From NCBI RefSeq assembly GCF_009914755.1, contig NC_060933.1: DNA of 64,000 nucleotides, one strand, 5' to 3'. The first letter of the stretch is position 1. Every line of letters begins with the position of its first letter. The translations under genes were made by a program, and so were the position numbers. The DNA is from the human T2T-CHM13v2.0 reference genome, Homo sapiens. Under the pieces are notes generated by a model that was not told where the DNA came from, searched no databases, and saw nothing but the letters and a program-made list of their open reading frames with translations. Below, piece by piece: positions 1 through 11,538 of this stretch.

Positions 1-229
1 TGGAAATGCGGGGTTTGGGGGGAGGAGATGAGGGGAACGCTTTTTTAAAAAAGCTTTTGTCCAGGCCAAGTGATTCTAATGTGTAGACAGGGCAGAATAC
101 CGCTCCCTGTGCGGGGGAAAAAATCCCCAACATCTGAAATTCCTCAAATCCCTCAGATTCTCTCCAGAACTCTTCATTTCAGCACGTAGGGGTACCAACG
201 AACAATTTTCTGAGGTGTCTGAGGCTAGT

Positions 230-720
230 CATTTCCCCGGAGATTGACGGGACCGTCAGCCAATCGGCCGTCTGAACGAGTGATGGCAACCCCAATGACA
301 AGCAACAGAATGAGGAACTTTTTCCCCGCAGAAAGACCAGATCGCAGTAGCAAAGGTCAACAAGTCAACAAAAGCCAAGGGCTCTCCGTCAGGCATCAGC
401 GAGGCCCGAGTACTCTTAGAGGTCGTAGCTAGGAGAGGGTCCCGCGCTTGCCCAGCGTTGCTAGGGAGGCGGCGCTTGCTCAAGCTTCTCGTGCCCTCTC
501 CGTACGTCACTTCCGCCCGGCGGGGTCTCATAGTCCTATGGGCTGGGTTGAAGCCACTTCCTTTTTTCTTTCCCTTTTTCCTCTCCGTGGCCCCGCCTCC
601 CGGAAGTTCTGCCTTGTCTCCGCCGCGGGTCAGGGGTGAGAGCTGGAATCTCTGCACGGGCCTTGGTGAGTAACTGCTGCGAGTTCTGTTCCCGCGCGGC
701 GCCAGTTCAAAGAACTTAGG
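230..720. promoter_or_regulatory. CpG-island promoter of RNF20 (TATA-less, likely bidirectional)
   Basis: CpG-dense, GC-rich. CCAAT at 260-264, ETS-CRE composite ACGTCACTTCCGC at 504-516, ETS CACTTCC at 555-561, GC box GCCCCGCCTCC ~590-600, CCGGAAGT at 600-607. Confidence 0.85.
605..665 (+). other. RNF20: RNF20 exon 1 (non-coding 5'UTR; start approximate)
   Basis: Consensus donor TTG|GTGAGT at 665/666 inside the CpG island; no ATG in the exon. Confidence 0.75.
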
Positions 721-1655
721 TTAGATCACGCTTAGGGCCCAACAGGACTGTGCCAGGCCTCAGGAGTCTCCACCCTCTCCAGTTTTGGGGCCGTCAGTCT
801 CCTGGGCCTGCAATTATCCACGCTGAGGCTGAGGTCTTTGGCTTTTAGCGAGTTGGATTGCAGCCTTGTTCTGCTTCTGTGTCTTCTCTCTCCAGGCGAG
901 GTCCTACTGAGGTTGTTGCCAGCGATAGTCCTCTCCTGGAGCTTGAATTGGAAGCAGAGTAGTCTTGTTAGTCTCGGTGATGGCTGCGTTGTTTCCTGAA
1001 GTAGCCAAAGTGCTTTAGCATCCATTCCGCCTCCTTTGAGCACCCTGGGAGGTAGGCAGGGCAGACGAAAAATATATTCGTTAATATTGTGCAGTTGAGG
1101 AAACTGAAGCTCTTGGCGAATTCACTGTTTCAAAGCAACACGGCCTCTAACAGGCAGAACTGAAATTCGCACCCAGGTCTAACTAACGTAGGGTTGCATA
1201 AAACAGTGGAGAGAGCGTTTGGAAATAGGGAAAACACTGCAAACGTTAAAGAAGAGCTGGGGTTTCTGAGTGCTTACTTTGTGTTCGGCTTTGTGCCAAA
1301 TTCTTTCTATAATTATATCATCCATTTTATTTTATAATAAGCATAGGAAGTATATACTGTGGTTATTTATTCCTGGGTTAGGAAACTGAGGCTTAGAGAT
1401 GATAACTGACTTGTCTAGTACTAATGACTTTAGTAGGCATTTCACAGATCTCTTTCAGCTCTGTGATTCTTTCAACACTGTAGTATTAACTTCTGGCATA
1501 ATCAAACTGCCCTTTTCTGATTTTGGCATTACAGGAAGAGAGATTCCAGAACTTTATTTTTGGTCTCTTCACCCTTTGCCCATTGTCTCATTTCTTATCA
1601 CCATTCTTATCACCATCCTATTTAGAAATTTATAGTCATGTAAATTTAGCCTTGA

Positions 1656-1956
<301 letters not shown>

Positions 1957-2173
1957 CGCCTTGACTTTTACTCTACAATTTAATTTTTTTTTTTTTTCCT
2001 CAAAGAGAAATATGGAGATGGTTGTGGAATTAATGGATCCAGGTTAAAGGGTTGGCCAGAAAAGTTGCTAGTTTTTACTCTATTGTTTTACTCTATTGTT
2101 GCTTTGCTTACATATATTATGTCAGTTTCTGCCTTTTTTTCTATCAGGAAAACGACTGTCATCTTCTGCCAAA

Positions 2174-2302
2174 ATGTCAGGAATTGGAAATAAAAGAGCA
2201 GCTGGAGAACCTGGCACCTCCATGCCTCCTGAGAAGAAGGCAGCTGTTGAAGATTCAGGGACCACAGTGGAAACAATTAAGCTAGGAGGTGTCTCTTCAA
2301 CG
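2174..2302 (+). CDS. RNF20: RNF20 exon 2 coding part (exon starts 2148), MSGIGNKRAAGEPG...GVSST
   Basis: Pyrimidine tract + CAG acceptor at 2147, ATG at 2174 (aaaATG), GT donor at 2303; N-terminus of BRE1A. Confidence 0.97.
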
Positions 2303-3329
2303 GTATGAGGAAACAGTGCCATGAAAGTGTGCTTGTCTTCTGTCAGTTGCAACTTGAAACTAAAAATTCATGGAAGCTTTCTGGAGTATGGGGAAGCTAT
2401 TTGAAAAGAAGAGGGAAATAAAACAGGCTGAAAGTAGGTAAAATGATGTGGTAGTCAGTTCTAGAGGAGAGGTAGATTGATAGTTGTTCTTTGTTTTCAA
2501 GGTGTACTTATATTCTTTCGAGAATCTGGGAAGGTGGTGCCTGATACAACATTAACTATAGGTATTTAGCAGTGGGAAGATACACATTTATTTTTCATTC
2601 ACTGAAAAAGTCAGTACCAGATTCTAAGAGACAGTTTAGCAATCATTGAGAGTATGGTGAAGAGTGAGAGTCTGAGACCAGATTGCCTGGAGTTGACTCT
2701 GAGCTGTACCACTTCCTAGCTGGCTGACCTTGTGTTATCCTTCCTTTGCCTGTTTTCTTGTCTGTAAAATGTAATTAGAGTACCTGCTACATTAGATTTT
2801 TATGCATATAAAATAAGAGTCCCTGTTAAGGGCTAACACTTTGCATTTAATATAGTAAATAGTCAATAAATGGGAGGCATTCATAGCTAATATTGGGCTA
2901 GATAATATAATGGTGCATAACATAGATATTATCCTTGCTCTTATGGAGCTGACAAAATGAGTATTATATACCAAAATCTCATAGTAATGTTATATATCTG
3001 TTAGACATCAGAAGTTTACAGGTTTTGATCTACGTCAAGATTTTGCTTTTTTGAAAATCAGACATGGGGATGTGATATTAAAATGTTTTACATTTTGTAA
3101 AATGCTTTACATTTGTATGGCTTGCAAAACCACATCTATTGCTTATTTGATTTTGAGGCTGAGGTTTATTTTAGAGAGGCTGATTTTTTTTTTTGAGTCA
3201 GAATAATAGGAACATTCATAGTGAGTTGTTGATGAAGTGTCATTTCTGAGGCTGCCTGAGGTTCTGGTACTTAATATTGCTGGCAGGAAGTGATTTTTGT
3301 TTTAGCACTGCCTTGCATCATGCATTCCA

Positions 3330-6300
3330 AAGGCATTTATTCACTCAATATATAAATATTTGTTGAGTATTTGTTATTTGCCAGACACTATCCTTTACAC
3401 TGAAGACAGCCCCTAGACTTTAGTTTGTAGGGTAGCACTGACAAGGGAATAGACTGTTTAGAGTGGGGTATGTGCTGTTGACAGGGATAAGCACATACTT
3501 ATGGGAAGCACATAGCACACACCCCAGTGTGGACTTTATCCAGAGGCAATGAGGAGTTAGTGGATAGTCTTAAGTAGGAGACTAACATGCTCTGACTTGT
3601 GTTTGGAGACTATAGAAAAGCAAGGATTATAAACAAGAGTCCAGCTAGCAGACTTTTTTCTTTTCTCCTTCTTACTCTCTTTCGCTATAACTGCATCTCT
3701 CCAAAGGTGGGGATCTGAGGCATGTATCCACTGATCCCCGCTCCAATTGGTTGAAGGTTGCCATTGAAAGCAGTCCCTCCTGTGCATTTTGAGATTGCTG
3801 TTAGGAGCCAGCTGTGATTGCGGGACAGAAAAACTGAGTCTCCAAAGTGTGCTTGAAGTGGGAACAATGGCAGTGTAAATGGAGCTGTCCACCACAGCTG
3901 TGCTGAAATCTGGCAGGCTGACAGGACTTAGCACAGAGTTTTTGCTATAGGAGGCCTTTGCAGTAATCTTAATGAGAAATCATGGTGGCTTGGACCACTG
4001 TGGAGGTAGCATTGATAAGATCTGCTGATGGATTGGATAACTCACATGAAAGATAGGAGGGAGGATCATCCCAGGATTTTGAAAGTAATGGAATTTTTAC
4101 TTACTGAGCTAGAGAAGTGTATGAGAGGAGCAGATTTTTGGGAGTCATGGAGGATGAATTGAGTTTGGTTTGGTTTGGGACATATAAGTTTGAGATACTT
4201 ATTTGACCTCTGAATGGATAGGTAGTTAATAAGCTGGATACTAGAGAGAGGTCTGGGCTAAAGCTGTATATTTGGAATCGTCATTTTGTAAGTTGTGTTT
4301 ACATCTATGAGACTACAGACTCCTTTAATGAATAAGCATAAAGAGGTCTGCTGGGGCACTACAATATTTTCATGTCAAGGAATGAGAAAGGACTAATCAA
4401 AGATACAAACAAAGAGGGACCAATGAGGTAAGAGGATAGGAAGAGAGAATGGGTTCCCAGAAGCTCAATGAAGAAAGTATTTCAAGAAGGAGCTGATTAG
4501 GTGCTGCTGATGTGTTCTCATTCAGGTTTCAGTTGGAACAAGGGGAGTAAAGGGAGGACTGAGGTGTTATATTTAATAATAGTTCACTGGAGATACCAAA
4601 ACACCTTTGTTGGTGAAATAGTGGGGATGGCACCCTGTTTTCAGTGAGCTTAAGAGAATATGAGGGGAGAGGAATTAGGAAAAAGAGAGTAGAGACAATG
4701 CTTTATAAAGGAGTATCGCTGTAAAGTAGATGACTATATAATGACTGATCATGGAATTTAAGTTCAGTAAAGAAGGAGGTGAGAGAAGTGAAAGGTATAG
4801 GACCAATGGATTGTAGATCCTGGAGAGGTTAAAGAATTTTTGGAGTAAGGAAACTGGAGAGAGTGAGCTGGAAAAATAGTGGTAGTTGTGAAGAATGAGG
4901 TGTTTGAAATTGAGCTTATAGAGGACATGTAGGTACAAGTAAGACTAAATGTGGGAGTTGGTGGCTGAAGGAGGTAGAAGACAAGATCATTGGTGAAGAG
5001 GAGGTCAGTGACTTGATGATTCAAGTATAGGAAAGGTTATCTGTATGGGTATTGAAATCATTAAGAATGATGACAGGAAAAGTATTGGAGAGTGATAATA
5101 AGGTAGGTGCTAAGTCTTTGTGAAATGTGAGGAAACGACGTGGGCATTTACAGATGAATTCAACAGAGCATGGCGGCAGGTGGTATAGGCTAATGGCATG
5201 AGCTGCAGAGGTAGGAGGTTTTAGGGAGGAAGGTGGGGTAATGGCCTGGAAGTGGCAATGGAAAATAAGGAGGATATTCATCCCTCTCTGGCTTCAAGCG
5301 GTGTGGAAGAGAAACAGCCACCACTAGAGAAGCCTGCAGGGAAACAGTTTCTCATCCAAGTTTCAGTTAGAGCAAGAAGGGAAAGGCAATGTTCAGAGAA
5401 GAGTTTGAGGATATAGTTTATTAATAGTGTTAATAAACTGGTACAGTGGGAAAACTGTTGACTACTTTGGCATATTAGGAATGTTTTAATTAAAGTGGAA
5501 AAGAGAAAAATGAAACAAAAATTGGTGGTGTAATAAACAATTGTCACTTTAAAATAATGATTTCATTAATTCCTCAGAAAAGTAAGACTATTTTTCCACA
5601 TGCTGGTTCTTTGCTTGTTATATCCTCCAATCCCACCTCCCACCAACCCCTCCCTGGTTTGTCCTAGGGAAGGAGCTGGAGAGAGAAAAATATTGAGAGG
5701 GATGTGAAATTACTAATGGAGTGAGGGTTTTGTAGAGACAGAAGAGAACAGGATCCTGAGCACAAGCTGAGGTTTTAAGAATGTGTGCATAATTGTGTTA
5801 ATGGGTCAAAGAGATGGGGAATTGTTTTCCATCTGATGGCTTCTATTTTCTCATTAAAATAGGAAGTAAAGCCATCTGTTTTGTATGATGTAAAAGGGGG
5901 CAGGGTTTGGTAGAGGTTGATGTTGCCTTGCTGGAGAATGGGAAATAGCTCACTTGATAAAGAAATATTTCTGGGCAAATTATAAAATCTGTTTAGGCTA
6001 AGAATTCATTTTGTAAAGGCACCGGTTTCGGTGGTTTGATGAACTTCTCTAGAAGTCTCAGCATACTGGGTACAGGAATGGAATAGCCAGATAACTGGAT
6101 TAATTCAGATTGGGGTTTGTTGACAGAGATAGAATAAAAGGATTAAGGGCAGAGAACCAAGGAGGCTGTTAGGCAGGTGTTTGAAGGAATGTACTATATA
6201 GCATATGATTAAGATATGGAAGGTAGCAGAGATAGAAGGAGACCGAAAAGGAGAAAGAAAAGAATTCAACATTCTGGAGATCTTGATGAGGTAAAGGGAT

Positions 6301-6700
6301 TGGTATATTGGGTTAAGGGCATGAGATACCTGGAAAGACGTGGTGTTTTTCAGGGAATGGGAAGTTGGAATATAAGATTTCAGATGTGGTACAGTTCCAG
6401 ATAATGACAAAAGTCTGAGATGTGTCTTTTGAAGTGCATGGCTGAAGCACAGTGGAGGAGATAATGTTTGGAGTGAAGGAACTGGAAAAACTGACAGCCT
6501 AGATGCTAGAGGATTAGATGGTTTGTCCACATGTATGGTGAAGTCACCAGATATATTGGCAGGAACTGGGATAGACAGGGACCCAGGTGCTGAAGTCTTT
6601 AATGAAGGAAGGATGGTGCTTACGAGATAGATGACAGTGTTGATTGGAGTCGAGGGTGATCTAGCTGGATGGTGGCCTTAAAGCAGCATTACTTTGTAGA
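3330..6700 (-). mobile_element. Long fragmented LINE-2 (L2)
   Basis: L2 3'-end-like sequence near 3335-3390; purine-rich + strand; - strand ORF remnants LLALTETW and VIILNDFNTH resemble APE endonuclease motifs. Confidence 0.7.
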
Positions 6701-6951
6701 TGTTTATGTGACTAGAACAGCGAGATGGGTTGAGGTTCTGGTGTATTTGTGTGTATTATTCTTTCCTCACACCATCATATACCTGTTGTTTATCTCTTCT
6801 GCTTCTACTTCTTAATTACTTGTAAGATTTTTTAAAAGTCAATAGCTTTATTCATAGAAAATAACTAATGAATAATTGTGACCTTGTTGAGTTTAACGGC
6901 TCATTTTTCTTATTTCTTTGTGGAGACTAATACGATTGGTTTACTGGGCAG

Positions 6952-7119
6952 GAGGAACTAGACATTAGAACACTGCAAACCAAAAATCGCAAGCTGGCAG
7001 AAATGTTGGATCAGCGGCAGGCCATTGAAGATGAACTTCGTGAGCACATTGAAAAACTGGAACGACGACAGGCCACTGATGATGCCTCACTGTTGATTGT
7101 CAACCGATACTGGAGTCAG
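6952..7119 (+). CDS. RNF20: RNF20 exon 3 (168 nt), EELDIRTLQ...NRYWSQ
   Basis: CAG/GT flanks; in frame with exon 2. Confidence 0.97.
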
Positions 7120-7238
7120 GTAGCTAACTTGTTTATTTGTTCAGATTTTTATTTGACCAATTTAGTTCTCCTTACTGTTCTCTTCATTTCCAAAGTTGTG
7201 TCCTTTGTTTCTTCATAATTGTACCTACCCTTCTCCAG

Positions 7239-7386
7239 TTTGATGAAAACATCCGTATCATCCTTAAACGTTATGATCTGGAGCAGGGCTTGGGAGACCT
7301 ACTCACAGAACGAAAAGCCCTTGTTGTGCCTGAACCAGAACCAGACTCTGATAGCAATCAGGAGCGTAAAGATGACCGAGAGAGAG
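7239..7386 (+). CDS. RNF20: RNF20 exon 4 (148 nt), FDENIRII...DDRER; GC donor
   Basis: CAG acceptor; donor GAG|GCAAGT keeps frame with exon 5. Confidence 0.95.
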
Positions 7387-7541
7387 GCAAGTGTTCGTGA
7401 TGGATTCTATCACTGCATGCTATCTGGGTTTTTAAAGTAGAGCTCTGCTTTGAGGCTTTCCATTTGAGGGAAAAAAAATGGATTTTGTTATTTCCAGTTT
7501 ATAATTTTGGGGGGCTTCTTTTTTTCCCCCTGTGTCCTCAG

Positions 7542-7724
7542 GGGAAGGGCAAGAGCCAGCTTTCTCTTTCCTTGCTACTTTGGCCAGCAGTTCCAGTGAA
7601 GAGATGGAGTCTCAGCTGCAGGAACGTGTGGAGTCTTCCCGCCGAGCCGTGTCCCAGATTGTGACTGTTTATGATAAATTGCAAGAAAAAGTGGAGCTCT
7701 TATCCCGGAAGCTAAACAGTGGAG
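7542..7724 (+). CDS. RNF20: RNF20 exon 5 (183 nt), GEGQEPAF...KLNSG
   Basis: CAG / GTGAGG flanks; frame continuous. Confidence 0.96.
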
Positions 7725-7813
7725 GTGAGGCAAGACCCTGGAGGCCGGGAGTAGTGGAGGAGGAATAAGAATTCATTTTTGCATGCTAATTTGTAGTTTG
7801 CAAGCTTACATAT

Positions 7814-8116
7814 TTATTTTTATTTATTTATTATTTACTTTTTAAGAGATAAGGTTTCACTGTGTCACCCAGGCTGGAACACAGTGGCACCATCATAGCC
7901 CATTGAATCCTCGAACTCAAGCAATCTTTCTGCCTCAGCTTCCGAATAGCTAGGACTATAGGCACGTACTACCACACCTGGCTAATATTTTAACCTTTTT
8001 GTAGAGAGGAAGTCTTGCTATGTTGCCCAGGCTGGTCTCAAACTTGGCCTCAAGAGATCCTCTCTTCTGGCCTCCCAAAGTGTTAGGATTACAGGCATGA
8101 GCCACTGTGCCTGGAC
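7814..8116 (-). mobile_element. Alu (AluJ-like, diverged)
   Basis: (ATTT)-rich tail followed by antisense Alu body. Confidence 0.9.
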
Positions 8117-9726
8117 TATGTATTTTAATTAAATTTTTAGAAATTCTAACCTTCAGTGTTACTGGTAATGTCTTCATTATGGCATATTAATCTTTTATCA
8201 GTGCTTCTCATTTTGAGCCACATGACAGTCCTTTAATAAGCTGAGGAAAGAGTTTATCAGCTCTATACTGATATACTCTATTAATGACAGTTTTGTAAAT
8301 AGCAGAATTAACTTTATTATTTAATAAACAGCTCTAATATCTGGATCTGTTTATCATGTATGTAGGCTATTGATTTATAGTGATAATACTTTATTTTAAA
8401 TAACAACTATATTATTTAATTATTAGTTACAGAATTTTGACTTGAAAAAGTTAATTTTTACTTAACTTATTTTTCATTATCGCTAATGTTTTTAAAAAGA
8501 GTTGGTGCAGGTTTTAGAGTTGACAGATGATCTGTATGGTTAAAAGGATTATTAGAAAATATTCTATGGATGAAAGAGTATTTGAAATAAAATAATTATT
8601 TGGGATAATTGTGTTACTCAGAGTTAATGCAAAAATTTAAATTTGTACAGTAAAGTATTTGTGTAGCTAGGTTACATCTTTAGTCATTTGTGGCATAAAT
8701 ACCTTGCTCAAATGCAAAAAAAATGCCTTGATTTCATGTTTTCAATAATAATCATGGTCTAGTTGTAATATCTTAATTTCCCTGCTTATCATTAAGATGT
8801 TTAACCTTTCATTTCTGAAGGAAATAAGTTGAATGTAATGGAGGTTGAACCATTGGATGAGCATATAAGAATTGTATTATTCTGTAATTTTGCTTTTAAG
8901 GGTAATTGGGCTAAGTTGTCAACAGAATTAAGCAGCTTGTAGAAGGCCTGTGAAAATTTGGTCACGGGTTTCTTTTGCTTTTCCATTAGATTATGCATTT
9001 CTGTATTTTATTATAAGGAAAACAGATACTTGTTTAAAAATATACAAGTCAGAAATACAAATAAGTAGACTACAAAAGTTTCCCCATTCTCATTTCTCAA
9101 AAGATAACCATTCTAAACAATGTGTTTTATGTCCTCTCAGACTTTTGTACTTTTGTATTAATATCTTACATCTACTTGCATGTCCCCAGCTAAACTGTGT
9201 CTTGGTTCAGTAGTTTGGCTCACTCTTCTTTGTTTCTCTAGTTTCTAGCACTGCATCTGGCATCTAGCAGATGTTTAGTCAATGGGGAATGAATGGATGT
9301 GAACCTCCCTGTCACCTAATATAAAATAATGGTGCTTTGTGTGTGCACATATGCTTCTTTCTCCTTGGGCTCTAATTGAATAGTTAGAAGGTATTGTTAA
9401 ATTTTAGTAATATGGTAATTAATATGCCATGTGCATAGACTATGTTAAACTTGATTTCATAAATGAATATCAAGTGAAACAATTGTTTTATTTAAAAAGG
9501 GAATAAAATGAGTAGTATATCAAACGACTTTAAAATTACTATTTAATGGCATGCATTTTAAGGTCGGGTTTAAGTTAAAAAGTAGAAACATTACAAATAG
9601 CCATGCCATTATTTGTAACACAAAAGGCAATTGCCATTGGTAAGCTGAACTTTCTAAGAGATAAAGATGTATAAAGTATGAATTATAGCATCAGTTGTAA
9701 CTTGTTTGAAAGTTCATCCCCCTGAC

Positions 9727-9938
9727 TTAGACTGAAAATTGACATTCCTCAAATTCCTAGGACATCATCAATACAGTAGTTTCTACTTCCCCATTCCCTG
9801 TGGAATTTCTACCACGCCATTCCTCAATAACACTATACAGTCTTTTATATTTAGGGTAATTCATTATTTGGAGGTTTGGAGTTGTGTTGTGTTTTACAAA
9901 ATCCCCTATGATATGATAGGCCTTCTAGAGTAAGGTAA
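9727..9938 (+). repeat. Left arm of a perfect 212-bp inverted repeat (partner 11738-11949)
   Basis: Exact reverse complement of 11738-11949; identical 64-aa ORFs reported at 9739-9933(+) and 11743-11937(-). Confidence 0.97.
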
Positions 9939-9987
9939 GGCCTTCTAGAGCAAGTATAGGCCTTATAGAGTAAGGTCTATAAATTCA

Positions 9988-10415
9988 TCTAACCCTGCCA
10001 GAGCGGCACTGTCTAACCTGCCACGGCAGTACTGTCTAACCGTGCCAGGGCGGCACTGTCTAACCCTTCCAGGGCGGCACTGTCTAACCCTTCCAGGGCG
10101 GCACTGTCTAACCCTTCCAGGGCGGCACTGTCTAACCCTGCCAGGGCGGCACTGTCTAACCTGCCAGAGCGGCACTGTCTAACCTGCCAGAGCGGCACTG
10201 TCTAACTCTGCCAGGGCGGCACTGTCTAACCTGCCAAGGCAGCACTGTCTAACCCTGCCAGGGTGGCACTGTCTAACCCTGCCACTGCAGTACTGTCCAA
10301 CCCTGCCAGAGTGGAACTGTCTAACCTGCCAGGGCGGCACTGTCTAACCTGCCAGAGCGGCACTGTCTAACCCTGCCAGGGCGGCACTGTCTAACCTGCC
10401 AGGGCAGTACTGTCT
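9988..10415. repeat. Minisatellite, 18 units of 23-24 bp, consensus TCTAACC(C)TGCCAGGGCGGCACTG
   Basis: Units counted directly; gives the periodic ORFs RVRQCRPG and GLDSAALE. Confidence 0.97.
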
Positions 10416-11073
10416 GTTTGTTTGGTCTTTGATTCAAAAGAATTGCATTTATGGGCTTGTTTATAAATTCACTAAACATTTATTGAATTTTATTGTATTC
10501 TAGCCCTGTCCTCAGTGCTTAGGATATTGAGAGGACTAAAATTCAGTCTCTACTTCTTAACTCAGGTTATGAATCAGAATAACCTTGGGAGTTTTCTGAG
10601 CATATTCTTATTTTTGGCTTTGCCCATGGAGGTTCTTATTAAGTAGGTATGAGATAGGTCCTAGGGAAATGTCTATTTTAAAAGTTCCACAAGTGATTCT
10701 GATGGGCAAGCCTAGCTTGAAAACCATGAAAACCACCATATGACCAACCTGTTCTGTATTGATACTAAGAGTAATGCCAAGAGGTGATATGAGAAAGCAT
10801 ATTTTTCTTCCTGATAACTCTCTTTGATGGGTGGTATATATCCTGAGAGTATCTGGTTTCATTTAATTACATTTGGATTTCAGCTATAGTATTTGCAACT
10901 CTAATTTTAAACATACGAACTTGGTGTAATAAGTTCTATGGATTTACCTACCTGCTTTGTAAATAGTAGTGTACATTTTGGTTTTTAAGCTTCAGAAGTG
11001 CCCCTAACATAGTATTTCAGAATATATGATATGAGAATATGTGATAAGAGCATATGATTCTTGCTTTGTTATT

Positions 11074-11164
11074 CAGGCTGGTCTTGAACTCCTGGCCTCA
11101 AGTGATCGGCCTGCCTTGGCTTCCCAAGGTGCTAGGATTACAGCGTGAGCTGCTATACCTGGCC
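11074..11164 (-). mobile_element. Partial Alu left monomer/FLAM
   Basis: Reverse complement reads GGCCAGG...TGTAATCCTAGCACCTTGGGAAG...GAGTTCAAGACCAGCCTG. Confidence 0.85.
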
Positions 11165-11196
11165 AAGGATACACAGTTTTAAAATTTGACACTATA

Positions 11197-11494
11197 GGCC
11201 AGGCACGGTGGCTCACACCTGTAATCCCAGCACTTTGGGAGGCTGAGGTGGGTGGATCACCTGAGGTCAGGAGTTTGAGACCAGCCTGTCCGACATGGTG
11301 AAACCCCATCTCTACTAAAAATACAAAAATCATCCGGGTGTGGTGGCATGTGCCTGTAATCCCAGCTACTCTGGAGGCTGAGGCAGGAGAATCGGCTCGA
11401 ACCCTGGAGGCAGAGGTTGCAGTGAGCCGAGATCGCGCCACTGTACTCCAGCCTGGGCGATAGAGCAAGACTCCGTCTTAAAAAAAAAAAAAAA
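11197..11494 (+). mobile_element. Alu (AluSx-like)
   Basis: Full dimer with A tail; degenerate TSD aaaat(tt)gacact. Confidence 0.95.
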
Positions 11495-11538
11495 TGACAC
11501 TCTAGATGCTAAATTAAAGTATAGTTCTTCTTCCCCAG

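Noticed and set aside
244-1043. Several ORFs across the CpG island
   Set aside because: Expected stop-codon depletion in GC-rich DNA; no protein family recognised.
9988-10400. TGTCTAACCCT/CTAACCCT in the unit resembles telomeric repeat or the telomerase RNA template
   Set aside because: Only an 8-11 nt match, with no tandem TTAGGG and no further similarity; compatible with chance.
9988-10415. Regular ~24-bp repeats suggesting a CRISPR array, or coding repeats (RVRQCRPG, GLDSAALE)
   Set aside because: Units are head-to-tail with no unique spacers, the context is a eukaryotic intron, and mixed 23/24-bp units break the frames. It is a minisatellite.
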